DNA of 35,295 bases from IMG/VR virus record IMGVR_UViG_3300034356_002595, positions 1 to 35,295 of that record; one strand, 5' to 3'. Shown here piece by piece: positions 25,345-34,273 of this stretch (its first letter is position 1; every line of letters begins with the position of its first letter). The notes under the pieces are model-generated. The model was not told the origin of the DNA. It did no database searches and was given only the letters and a program-made list of their open reading frames with translations. The position numbers were made by a program, and so were the translations under genes. Origin of the DNA: a virus (Duplodnaviria; Caudoviricetes).

Positions 25345-26035
25345 AGCCTATCAAATAGCATTTGATGAAACCAGCAAGGCGAATGTCGATAAAGATTTTG
25401 CATGGACTTATTTCCAAAAGGAAGTTACACCATTCTTTGAAAACGAAGTAATGCTGAAATTGATAAATGCAGGTGCTAATAAGCAAGCGGATTACTTTGC
25501 GGTGCTATCGCATAAGTTTTTTAGCGATACTATAAATAAGGAATTGAAACCTATTACAAAGGAAGAGATAGTAAATAGCTTAGGCGATACCGATGTGGTG
25601 TCTTTTTTTGGCTACCAAACAAACAGCCAAATGTTTTTGCATGCCGAAAAAGTACATAAGGGTATAGCAGAATGTTTTTACGAATTGTTTCATCTACTAG
25701 GCTTAAAATACAATCCTTTAGAGCCTATTCGATTTGTGGTTTATCGTAATTGTTTTTTTGCCCGTAGCGAGGTGTACGAAAGATATGTAAAGGAAATGCT
25801 ACAGCCGTGCATAGAGTTAATGAGCGATAAGAAAAACCATGTTTTATGGCAAGCCATTTGGAAAGATAGTCGCTATCCTTACCAAGATAACCGATTTCAA
25901 AAGCATGTAGGGTTAAGAGATAAATTTGTTCACGATATGGGCGTTCCTTACTACCCATTCCATACCTTTATACTTGAAAGAATGTTTAGCTATTGGCTAA
26001 ATTTGAATAAAGAAATAACTTGTAAACACATATGA
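25331..26035 (+). CDS. Glycosyltransferase-like protein (DUF4422/GT111-like)
   Basis: DYFAVLSHKFF, YRNCFFARSEVYERY and FILERMFSYW resemble DUF4422 motifs. Confidence 0.55.
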   Translation: MANYRAYQIAFDETSKANVDKDFAWTYFQKEVTPFFENEVMLKLINAGANKQADYFAVLSHKFFSDTINKELKPITKEEIVNSLGDTDVVSFFGYQTNSQMFLHAEKVHKGIAECFYELFHLLGLKYNPLEPIRFVVYRNCFFARSEVYERYVKEMLQPCIELMSDKKNHVLWQAIWKDSRYPYQDNRFQKHVGLRDKFVHDMGVPYYPFHTFILERMFSYWLNLNKEITCKHI

Positions 26036-26700
26036 GAAATATACACATCATTCACGCTAGCCGTGCAAGGGCAAGCCAAGCGGAGCGCACGTATCGTAAC
26101 TGGTCAAACTACATGGTATTTGGCGATAGCTACACGATAGCAATAGAAGCTGACAACTGGAGCGATTACCGAAATTTGCCGGTATTGATTGTGCCGAGCA
26201 AAACAGCTATTTCGGCTTACAATTTAGCGGCTAAGGAATTGCAAGGTAAGTTCAAAGAGAACGATATTATAATAGCCTTAAGCGACGATTTCCCAATGCC
26301 GTGCGATTTAGATTTAATTCGAGATGCGGTCGATACCGATAAGCTATTAAAGACTTACGATGGTGTGCAAAATTGGATAGTTACACTTCCTATTATGGGT
26401 GTCGGTTACTACAAAAGCAAAGGCTACATTTATCCACCACAGTACAGCCACATGTTTGCAGATACGCATATAACACATGAAGCGGAGATTGAAGGCAAGT
26501 TGCAATTCCGAAACGATATAGTAATTAAACATGAGCACTATTCTATTGGTGGTGTCGCAAAGGATTATCTGAATGAGAGAAACGATGGAACTTGGAAACA
26601 AGGCATGGACGAATATTTAAAATGGGCTAAAGCAAAGCCATTACCTACAAGTAAAGAAGCGCAGCCACATGTTAACTGGATGAAACAAAATGGATATTAA
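26032..26700 (+). CDS. GT-A fold glycosyltransferase (GT2-like)
   Basis: IIHASRAR, AYNLAA, IIALSDDF, YSHMFADT, IKHEH. Confidence 0.75.
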   Translation: MRNIHIIHASRARASQAERTYRNWSNYMVFGDSYTIAIEADNWSDYRNLPVLIVPSKTAISAYNLAAKELQGKFKENDIIIALSDDFPMPCDLDLIRDAVDTDKLLKTYDGVQNWIVTLPIMGVGYYKSKGYIYPPQYSHMFADTHITHEAEIEGKLQFRNDIVIKHEHYSIGGVAKDYLNERNDGTWKQGMDEYLKWAKAKPLPTSKEAQPHVNWMKQNGY

Positions 26701-27265
26701 ACTTAGCATTTTGATTTGTTCAATTCCTGAAAGAAGCCAGCAACTTGCTGAAGTATTAACTATATTTAAAAATCAAACAGTTGGAAAACCTGTTGAGATT
26801 TTATCTGATTGCACGGGCAAAGAACTTAGCATCGGTAGCAAGCGACAAAAATTACTTGAAAAAGCGCAAGGCAAATGGATTGTTTATTTTGACGATGACG
26901 ATTTACCATTTAACTACTATGTAAATGAAATTTTAAAAGGTTGCGATACAGATGCAGACTGCATGGGAATTAATGGTATAATGACTACAAATGGTCAAAA
27001 CCAACAAACATGGGTGCATAAGTTAGGTTATCCAATAGCAGAAAATATGTTTGGTTTTAATTACGTTCGTCCGATTATACATTTTAATCCAGTCTTAAAA
27101 TGGAAAGCAATTTTAGCAGGCTTTAAAGATATGCGATATGGTGAGGATATGGACTATGCAAAAAGGCTAAACCCATTACTTGAAAAAGAATATTACATAA
27201 ACAAACCTTTATTTCATTATCGGTATTCAAATAAAATCCCACATAACCAAAAATATGGAATCTAA
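26690..27265 (+). CDS. Glycosyltransferase family 2
   Basis: KLSILICS, IGSKRQKLLEKAQGKWIVYFDDDD, YGEDMDY. Confidence 0.9.
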   Translation: MDIKLSILICSIPERSQQLAEVLTIFKNQTVGKPVEILSDCTGKELSIGSKRQKLLEKAQGKWIVYFDDDDLPFNYYVNEILKGCDTDADCMGINGIMTTNGQNQQTWVHKLGYPIAENMFGFNYVRPIIHFNPVLKWKAILAGFKDMRYGEDMDYAKRLNPLLEKEYYINKPLFHYRYSNKIPHNQKYGI

Positions 27266-27920
27266 TATAAAAGCATGTTTTGTAAATGCTGGCTTTGGGA
27301 AGTGGTATCCAAAAGGAAGCGAAAGGTTGGAAAGGTCAATGATATATTTTGGTTGTGCGCATGATATGTTTTTTACACGTGAGCCAATTGAGTATATGGA
27401 TACTACAAAGCCATATCGTATAAAATACCATGCTTTAAAGGATGCTATTGACAAAGGTTATACCCATTTAATTTGGTTAGATTGTTCGCTATGGTTTACC
27501 GATTCTCCAAACATTTTAATGGAAAAACTAAATCATAACGGCGGTTTCTTTGTTCATTCAGGTTTTAATTTAGCACAAACAAGCGCAGATAGTGATTTGG
27601 AATGGGCAAAAAAAACAAGAGATGAAGCGGAATTATTACCCGAAATATGGTCATGTGTTTTTGGTTTTAACTTAGAAACCGAAGTAGGGAAAAAGTTTTG
27701 GCAAATATTTGAAAACGCTTTTGAGAATGGTGTATTTGATACTTCACGATTACATGCAAATAACAGTTTAGATGAACGATTTCTTTACGCAAGGCAAGAC
27801 CAAACAGCGGTAAGCTGGGCATATTATACAAGCGGTTATGATTGCGCTATTGACCCAAATGGAATAGTAACTGATTTCGATAACAATAAACCATCTTTAA
27901 TTTATAGGCAAGGATTATGA
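27255..27920 (+). CDS. GT-A fold glycosyltransferase-like protein
   Basis: YRIKYHAL, LIWLDCS, RQDQTAVS (pattern seen in GT34/GT77/DUF1647-like proteins). Confidence 0.65.
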   Translation: MESNIKACFVNAGFGKWYPKGSERLERSMIYFGCAHDMFFTREPIEYMDTTKPYRIKYHALKDAIDKGYTHLIWLDCSLWFTDSPNILMEKLNHNGGFFVHSGFNLAQTSADSDLEWAKKTRDEAELLPEIWSCVFGFNLETEVGKKFWQIFENAFENGVFDTSRLHANNSLDERFLYARQDQTAVSWAYYTSGYDCAIDPNGIVTDFDNNKPSLIYRQGL

Positions 27921-28492
27921 GAACACAGGAATACATAGCGAGAAATTTACAAGGATTTGAAGGGGATGAATCTTTGGCAAATGAAATAAAAGAAGCTACA
28001 CAAGGCATTGATATTTGTGTAGAAACTGGGACGTATTTGGGAGGTACGACAAAGCGGTTTTCTCAAATGTTTAAAAAAGTGCATACTATCGAGTTTTTGC
28101 CCGAAAATTTTGAAAAGGCAAAACAGCATTTACAAGGTTGTGAAAATGTTATACAATATTTAGGCGATTCAGCTAAACAATTGCCAACGGTTATCAAGCG
28201 TATCCGCTCGGAAAAATGTTTTTTCTTTTTGGATGCACACTGGCAAAACGATTGCCCTTTGATAGATGAATTAAATGTAATAGCGCAATCAAACAAAAAA
28301 GGCATTATTGCAATTCACGATTGGAAAGTGCCTAATACAGATTTAGGTTATGATAGTTACAATGGCCAAGATTTTACTATAGAATGGATAAAGCCAACAT
28401 TGGATAAATGCTTTGCAAAATATAGAATTTGGTATAATGATGCCAATAAAGCCCAAGGTGCAAGACGTGGAGTTTTATTTATAGAAATATGA
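27917..28492 (+). CDS. Class I SAM-dependent methyltransferase (non-DNA type)
   Basis: CVETGTYLGGT, VHTIE, GDSA, FFLDAH, IAIHD. Confidence 0.85.
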   Translation: MRTQEYIARNLQGFEGDESLANEIKEATQGIDICVETGTYLGGTTKRFSQMFKKVHTIEFLPENFEKAKQHLQGCENVIQYLGDSAKQLPTVIKRIRSEKCFFFLDAHWQNDCPLIDELNVIAQSNKKGIIAIHDWKVPNTDLGYDSYNGQDFTIEWIKPTLDKCFAKYRIWYNDANKAQGARRGVLFIEI

Positions 28493-28674
28493 TAAAGATA
28501 TTGCAAGGCTGGTTAAGCTATCTATTTACAAAGCCAACTGAATTAACTAAGGCAAGGAGAGCAATTTGCGCCAAATGCAAAGAGAATTTAAACGGCATGT
28601 GTTTGGCTTGCGGTTGCGTAATTAAAGCTAAAACAGCGTGTGAAAATTGCAAGTGTATAATTGGTAAATGGTAA
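28489..28674 (+). CDS. Small Cys-rich metal-binding protein
   Basis: RRAICAKC...CLACGC.IKAK..C..C.C..GKW. Confidence 0.75.
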   Translation: MIKILQGWLSYLFTKPTELTKARRAICAKCKENLNGMCLACGCVIKAKTACENCKCIIGKW

Positions 28675-29438
28675 TGAAGCTAGCTGCTATTTTTAATGTA
28701 TACGATGGTGAAGAACTTTTAGAAGGTTCTATACGTCAGATACTGCCCTATGTTGATGAGGTAATAGCCGTTGTGCAAACAATTAGCAATTGGGGCGAAA
28801 GATATTACGGGGGTGCAAATGAAGTAGATAGGCTGTTTAATAAAGGTTACATTAATAAAGTAATAGAATTTGAGCCACAAATAACTAACGAGCGTTTAAA
28901 CGGATGCTATAACGAAACAAAAAAAAGGTCACTAGGCTTGGATTATGCAAGGCAAAAAGGACACAGCCATTTTCTATTTTTGGATTGTGACGAGTATTAC
29001 GATAGTGAGCAGTTTGAACAAGCTAAAAACTTTATAGTTGAAAAGGATTTGCATGCTACTTGCTGTCACATCCAAGCCTACGAGAAATACCCTACACTGG
29101 CCAAAATAGAAACCGAAGGGTATTACGTGCCGTTTATTCACAAAATACAGACTACTAACAAAATAGGTTTTCAAAAATACCCGTACTATTGCGACCCTAC
29201 TCGCACTACAGACCATAGCTATTCACACCTTTTCAAAAAAGAAGAGGTGTTAATGCACCATTTTACAACTATCAGAACCGATATTGAGCGAAAATACAGA
29301 AACTCGAGCGCTAAAAATAATTTTCAAATAGAGGAAATGTTGCACATTTATGCACAAATACAAGAGAAGGAAAGCAATTCGCTTAATTTAGTGCCAAACA
29401 AATTTGGCATCCATGTCGGCAATAGCACGATTTTATAA
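28668..29438 (+). CDS. GT-A fold glycosyltransferase (GT2-like)
   Basis: YDGEELLEGSI, ETKKRSLGL, FLFLDCDEYY (DxD), MHHF. Confidence 0.8.
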   Translation: MVMKLAAIFNVYDGEELLEGSIRQILPYVDEVIAVVQTISNWGERYYGGANEVDRLFNKGYINKVIEFEPQITNERLNGCYNETKKRSLGLDYARQKGHSHFLFLDCDEYYDSEQFEQAKNFIVEKDLHATCCHIQAYEKYPTLAKIETEGYYVPFIHKIQTTNKIGFQKYPYYCDPTRTTDHSYSHLFKKEEVLMHHFTTIRTDIERKYRNSSAKNNFQIEEMLHIYAQIQEKESNSLNLVPNKFGIHVGNSTIL

Positions 29439-31140
29439 CTTGTTCAGGGGTTTAGCACCAATCGCTAAACAAGACAAGTCAAACGATATACTTCCTTACG
29501 GCAAAACAAACGATTTTCCATTACGATTAACGGAAGCTGTTTACGATTCACCCGTGGCTACGGCTACACTTGGAAAGCTAAAAAAATACATAGCTGGCGA
29601 TGGGTTTGCAGTTGATGAAATAGCTAACCTTAAAATTAATAGCGAAGGTCAAAGTATGGACACGCTATTAAAGCAAATTGTTGAAGACTATACTTTGCTA
29701 AGGGGTTTTGCTTTGCACATTACCTACAATCAACTATTTAAAATACTTGAAATAAAGCACGTGCCGTTTGAAACGTGCCGGCTACAAATTCCTGATGATA
29801 AAGGCAATGTAGCCAAAATTGGTGTTAACCCATTTTACGGACTTCCTGACTTTAAAAAAAATCAAACGAAATTTTATGATGTATTCGACCCTTCCAAAGT
29901 AGCTGAACAATACGCAGCAGAAAAGGACATGTACAAAGGTCAAATATTTTGGTATGCCGAAACCAAAATAAATAACCGATTTTACCCCGTGCCCGATTAC
30001 TATTCGGCCATGCAAGATATTGTGGCCGATGCAAAAACGGGAACGTATCGTGAAAGACTAGTCGATAACAATTTTTACCAATCGGTATTAATCCAAATGA
30101 TTGGCGACCCTGACGAAAAAATACAACTTGACGAAAAGGGCGAAAGGTTTACAACTATTGGCGAGCAATTTGATGAGGACTTGCGTTCAATGACTGGTGG
30201 CGAAGCGGCTGGCAGTGCTTTAGTTACTTGGTCACGTGATGCCGACTCAATGCCCAAAGTAGTTCCATTCCCTAACAACTATAACGATAAAATAAGCGAA
30301 GCCTTCATTAAGCAAGTACAGCAAAATATTTGCATGGCCGTTGGTGTTCATCCCGTGCTAATAGGTATTGACCAAAGTTCAAGTTTAGGCAATAACAACA
30401 TTTTGATTAATGCAATTAAGATGTTGCAACAAAACGTAAACGAACCTCAAAGGGATATAGAAAGAGCCTTGCAATACGTTATGAAATATTGGAATATACC
30501 TTTTGACGTTTTGACTATTGTTATTAGGCCACTTTCATTGGTTGTAGATTTGCCCGATTACGTTCTTAATGCTTTGACAACTGAAGAAAAAAGGTTGTGG
30601 ATTCAAGAAAATTATGATGTTGAACTTGTAAATATAACCGATGAATTGAAAGATAGATTAAATGTTATTAACACATTTAGCCCAATTGTAGCAAACAAAG
30701 TTCTTACTTCATTAACAAATACTGAAATAAGAGGTTTAGTTGGCCTGCCACCAATTGAAGATGTGATTGGCAATCAAATGAATGACCTAACAAATATGTC
30801 ATTTAATACACCAATGAATGTGTCTAAATCCGAAATAGATGCACGCTACAAAAAATATCACAGCCTTGTAAATATGACCTACAAAGAATTACAATTGTGG
30901 AGCGAAAGCGAATGCTGTAAAGCACTAGGATACTCAAAGCAACCTATTCAGCGAAACCTACACTTGCTAAACACAAACAAGGGCGAATGGGGTAGCAAAG
31001 AATATAGGATTGCAGGGCAAATAATATCGGCCATAAACCGTTTGTTAGAATACGAAACCGACACCGTAATAACTAACGGTGAAACGGAATGTGGCAATAA
31101 ACGTGATTTAGCACTTAAAAACTTAGGATACAGAATATGA
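29413..31140 (+). CDS. Portal protein with C-terminal DUF3140-like extension
   Basis: YGKTNDFP, YDSPV, HVPFETCR, FYPVPDY, MTGGEAAG, HPVLIGI..SSLG fit Bacteroidota phage portals; extension VNMTYKELQLW...LALKNLGY. ATG at 29413 (ORF track uses TTG 29404). Confidence 0.8.
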   Translation: MSAIARFYNLFRGLAPIAKQDKSNDILPYGKTNDFPLRLTEAVYDSPVATATLGKLKKYIAGDGFAVDEIANLKINSEGQSMDTLLKQIVEDYTLLRGFALHITYNQLFKILEIKHVPFETCRLQIPDDKGNVAKIGVNPFYGLPDFKKNQTKFYDVFDPSKVAEQYAAEKDMYKGQIFWYAETKINNRFYPVPDYYSAMQDIVADAKTGTYRERLVDNNFYQSVLIQMIGDPDEKIQLDEKGERFTTIGEQFDEDLRSMTGGEAAGSALVTWSRDADSMPKVVPFPNNYNDKISEAFIKQVQQNICMAVGVHPVLIGIDQSSSLGNNNILINAIKMLQQNVNEPQRDIERALQYVMKYWNIPFDVLTIVIRPLSLVVDLPDYVLNALTTEEKRLWIQENYDVELVNITDELKDRLNVINTFSPIVANKVLTSLTNTEIRGLVGLPPIEDVIGNQMNDLTNMSFNTPMNVSKSEIDARYKKYHSLVNMTYKELQLWSESECCKALGYSKQPIQRNLHLLNTNKGEWGSKEYRIAGQIISAINRLLEYETDTVITNGETECGNKRDLALKNLGYRI

Positions 31141-31736
31141 GTTGCAGAACGCTGTTAATATCAATAGATACCCTTTACGAGTGGGTTGATATAGCTTTGG
31201 ATATAGATGCCGAAAAGCTAACAAGAGCAATTATGGTAGCACAAGATAGGTTTATAAAACCTTTGTTGTGTCAAGATTTGTTTGAGGAATTGCAGGTGCA
31301 GATTGATAATGAAACTATCCAAGCCGATTACCAAAATTTACTAGATGCTATTTCGCCAACATTGGCTTTTCGTGCCTATGCTAGGTTTCTAAACTCGGCA
31401 AATATAGACAGTACCGAAAAAGGGTTGCGAACTTACCGAGAGGATAACAGCGATGTAATCTCTGACAAACGATTGGGGGAATTGATGAAACAAGCCGACC
31501 AGGATGCTTTGTCGTACGAGCAAGATTTAAAAATATTCCTGCAAAAAAACAAAGAATGTTTTTCACCTTATTACGACAATTGCGGGTGCGACTTACGTAC
31601 CGATGGGTATGGCTTTAAAATTACTAGCGTAGGCCATAAAGCTAAAAAACCTAAAAAACAACTTTACGATTTATTAGATTCTGAATATGTTCAGCGTAGT
31701 TCAAAACAGTACCCGAAAAGTCAAACTGACTTATAA
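31137..31736 (+). CDS. Putative head-tail adaptor
   Basis: AIMVAQDRFIKPLLCQDLFEEL pattern; helical; follows the portal. Confidence 0.6.
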   Translation: MSCRTLLISIDTLYEWVDIALDIDAEKLTRAIMVAQDRFIKPLLCQDLFEELQVQIDNETIQADYQNLLDAISPTLAFRAYARFLNSANIDSTEKGLRTYREDNSDVISDKRLGELMKQADQDALSYEQDLKIFLQKNKECFSPYYDNCGCDLRTDGYGFKITSVGHKAKKPKKQLYDLLDSEYVQRSSKQYPKSQTDL

Positions 31737-33891
31737 TAATAGCTTAGGCTATTTTTTAATAAAGTTTGTCAATCCGTTTAATAACGACATTGTCTTTTCT
31801 ATTTTTGAAAATAAAGGCAGTGCGTTAAAACCTATAATAGAGGTCAAGGATACGGGTGATGTTGCACCGAATCCTTTACTAGGTGAAGTGCGTTTGAACG
31901 TGCTAGGCAATTGGAATGCGTTCATTTATAAGCAATCTAGTAGCTCAAATTTGAATCCTGCCAATGCCACATTTATAACTGAAACCATAGTATTTGTACA
32001 AGGCGATGCTAAGTGTGTTATACCTCCTAGAAATAGCGATGTAATAAAAACATGTGCGGATGTTAAGGAATGTATTGGAATAATTAGCACGGGCAACGCT
32101 AGCTATTTTTTAAATGAGCAAGGCGATTTTATCGAGGTCGATACAGAAACCGACATTACAGGTTTAATTGAAGATGGTAGCAATATAACGATTTCAGGAA
32201 GCGGAACGATTGCCGACCCTTATATCATAAGTGCAAGTGATGGTGGTATTTCACATGCTACGGCAAGCGGAACAGATACCTACACGGCCACAATTTCAGG
32301 GGTTACGAGTTATTCCGATGGGGATGCGTATTTGATTCGATTTACGAATGGTAATACAAGTGGTGCTACACTTAACATTAATTCACTAGGCGCTAAATCC
32401 TTATTCAGAAATAACGATGGTGCTTTGATTGGTGGCGATATTGTGGATGGTGCAGAAATGCTTTGTATTTACAATTCAACTGCCGATAATTTTCAGGTAA
32501 TTGGAACTGCACCAAATAGCTTAATAGCGTATGTAACCAATGCCGATAGCGTTAGTCTTACCAAAGGAATGGCGGTTTATGCTTTCGGAGGGCAAGGCGA
32601 TAGAATGACCGTTAAGAGGGCAAATAATGTGGGCGATTCAACTTCAGCACAAACGGTTGGCCTTGTACTTTCGGCTTCTATTTCAGCAGGTCAAAAAGGG
32701 TTAATAATGATGCAAGGGTTGTTGGATGGTTTAAGCATATTGCCTACTTCAACATTTGCAGATGGAGACCCTATTTACTTAGGTTCAACGGCAGGAAGTA
32801 TTACAAAAGTAAAACCATACGCTCCAAATCATTTAGTGTATTTGGGGGTCGTTACAACGGCAAGTAACGGAAGTGCTGGGCGCATGTATGTTAAGGTTCA
32901 AAATGGTTATGAACTAGATGAACTGCATAACGTACAAGCACAAAGTCCTACATTAAAAGACACGCTTTGGTACGATAATAGCGTTTCACCAGCACAATGG
33001 AAAACGGCAAGCATAGCGACTATTTTAGGATTTACATCTGAAAACATAGCTAACAAAAGTACAAGCGTAACGACTGACCAAGCTAGCAACACTAAATACC
33101 CATCCGTTAAATCTGTTTTTGATTGGGTAACTGGATTAGGTTATTTACTTGCAAGTACGGCAGCTTCAACTTACCAAACACTTGCCAACCTAGTTACAAG
33201 TTTTGGAGTGACACCAAGCGATTCTAAATACCCTAGCGAAAAGTTAGTTAAAGATAGTTTAGATGCCAAAGTAACGGCAAATGCTGCAATTACGGGTGCT
33301 ACAAAGACTAAAATTACTTATGATAGCAAAGGACTTGTAACAGCAGGTGCGGATATAGCAGCTAGCGATTTGCCAAGTGGTATAGACGCTACTAAAATTG
33401 CGGATGGTAGCGTGTCAAATACGGAATTTCAGTATCTTGATGGGGTTACAAGTTCGATACAAACTCAGTTAAATAATAAATTAGATTCGTACACATTTTT
33501 TATTCAAAATGCACAATTTTCGCCAGCCGATGGTATAACTTATTATATTAATAGCATAGTAGGCGCACCTTCTCAAACAGCGGCAAACAGAATATTTAAA
33601 TTTTCAACCGCAGGCACGTTAAACTCTTTTATATTTTCTTTATTGCAAGGTACTAATGGAAGTAATGAAACGGTAACTGTAAGCATAAGAAATAACACGA
33701 CTACGGTAGAAACGCAGTTAGGCACTTTTACAAGTGATTTTGGTGCAAATACGACAGCAGTAATAAGTTTTACTAGTCTTTCAATATCTGTTAATACGAC
33801 CGATAATTACACAATAAAAATAGCTTGTCCGACATGGACTACAAATCCTACGAACTGGATAATTGGTGGAAATTTATTAGTTACGATATGA
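31687..33891 (+). CDS. Fibre-like virion protein (mosaic)
   Basis: Gly/Ser/Thr-rich; VQNGYELDELHNV, two KYPS repeats, TKITYDSKGLVTAG and TEFQYLDGVTSSIQTQLN fibre modules. Confidence 0.75.
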   Translation: MFSVVQNSTRKVKLTYNNSLGYFLIKFVNPFNNDIVFSIFENKGSALKPIIEVKDTGDVAPNPLLGEVRLNVLGNWNAFIYKQSSSSNLNPANATFITETIVFVQGDAKCVIPPRNSDVIKTCADVKECIGIISTGNASYFLNEQGDFIEVDTETDITGLIEDGSNITISGSGTIADPYIISASDGGISHATASGTDTYTATISGVTSYSDGDAYLIRFTNGNTSGATLNINSLGAKSLFRNNDGALIGGDIVDGAEMLCIYNSTADNFQVIGTAPNSLIAYVTNADSVSLTKGMAVYAFGGQGDRMTVKRANNVGDSTSAQTVGLVLSASISAGQKGLIMMQGLLDGLSILPTSTFADGDPIYLGSTAGSITKVKPYAPNHLVYLGVVTTASNGSAGRMYVKVQNGYELDELHNVQAQSPTLKDTLWYDNSVSPAQWKTASIATILGFTSENIANKSTSVTTDQASNTKYPSVKSVFDWVTGLGYLLASTAASTYQTLANLVTSFGVTPSDSKYPSEKLVKDSLDAKVTANAAITGATKTKITYDSKGLVTAGADIAASDLPSGIDATKIADGSVSNTEFQYLDGVTSSIQTQLNNKLDSYTFFIQNAQFSPADGITYYINSIVGAPSQTAANRIFKFSTAGTLNSFIFSLLQGTNGSNETVTVSIRNNTTTVETQLGTFTSDFGANTTAVISFTSLSISVNTTDNYTIKIACPTWTTNPTNWIIGGNLLVTI

Positions 33892-34058
33892 TAAAAGAAT
33901 ACGAAATAATTTATGAGCCTGTTGTAGTAGATGGAGTAGAAATCCCCAAATACAACATTTATTACTACATCAATGATGTTTTAGAATTAATAGAATATCA
34001 TTCAACCGATGGCATTAACGGAGAAATACGTTATGGCTACAAACCAAAAAATAGTTAG
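33888..34058 (+). CDS. Small hypothetical protein (possible fibre chaperone)
   Basis: ATGA overlap with the fibre stop gives start 33888 (ORF track starts at 33825). Confidence 0.6.
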   Translation: MIKEYEIIYEPVVVDGVEIPKYNIYYYINDVLELIEYHSTDGINGEIRYGYKPKNS

Positions 34059-34060
34059 CA

Positions 34061-34273
34061 ATGCACCACGATTCACATCAACATACAGCCGATAGTTTTA
34101 TGCTTTTGATTTTCAATTCAATTGTGTTTCTCTTTACTTCCGTTCAATGGTCTTTTTTTGAAGAGCAAATGGAAAGCATTTTAAAGCTGATTGTGTTAAT
34201 TAGTTCAGCTACCTATACCATTTGGCGATTTAGGACAGAGTATGTAAAAGAAAAGCGGAATGAAAATAAGTGA
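34061..34273 (+). CDS. Putative holin
   Basis: 70 aa, two hydrophobic helices, charged C-terminus, directly before the endolysin. Confidence 0.65.
   Translation: MHHDSHQHTADSFMLLIFNSIVFLFTSVQWSFFEEQMESILKLIVLISSATYTIWRFRTEYVKEKRNENK

Noticed and set aside
25331-29438. Interpreting the GT cluster as DNA hypermodification or serotype conversion
   Set aside because: Disfavoured, not excluded: no hydroxymethylase, TET/JBP or phage polymerase to provide an acceptor base, no membrane Gtr/flippase components, and the cluster is co-transcribed with virion genes rather than replication genes.
31687-33891. Diversity-generating retroelement or invertible tail-fibre system
   Set aside because: No reverse transcriptase or invertase, and no template/variable repeat pair was seen.
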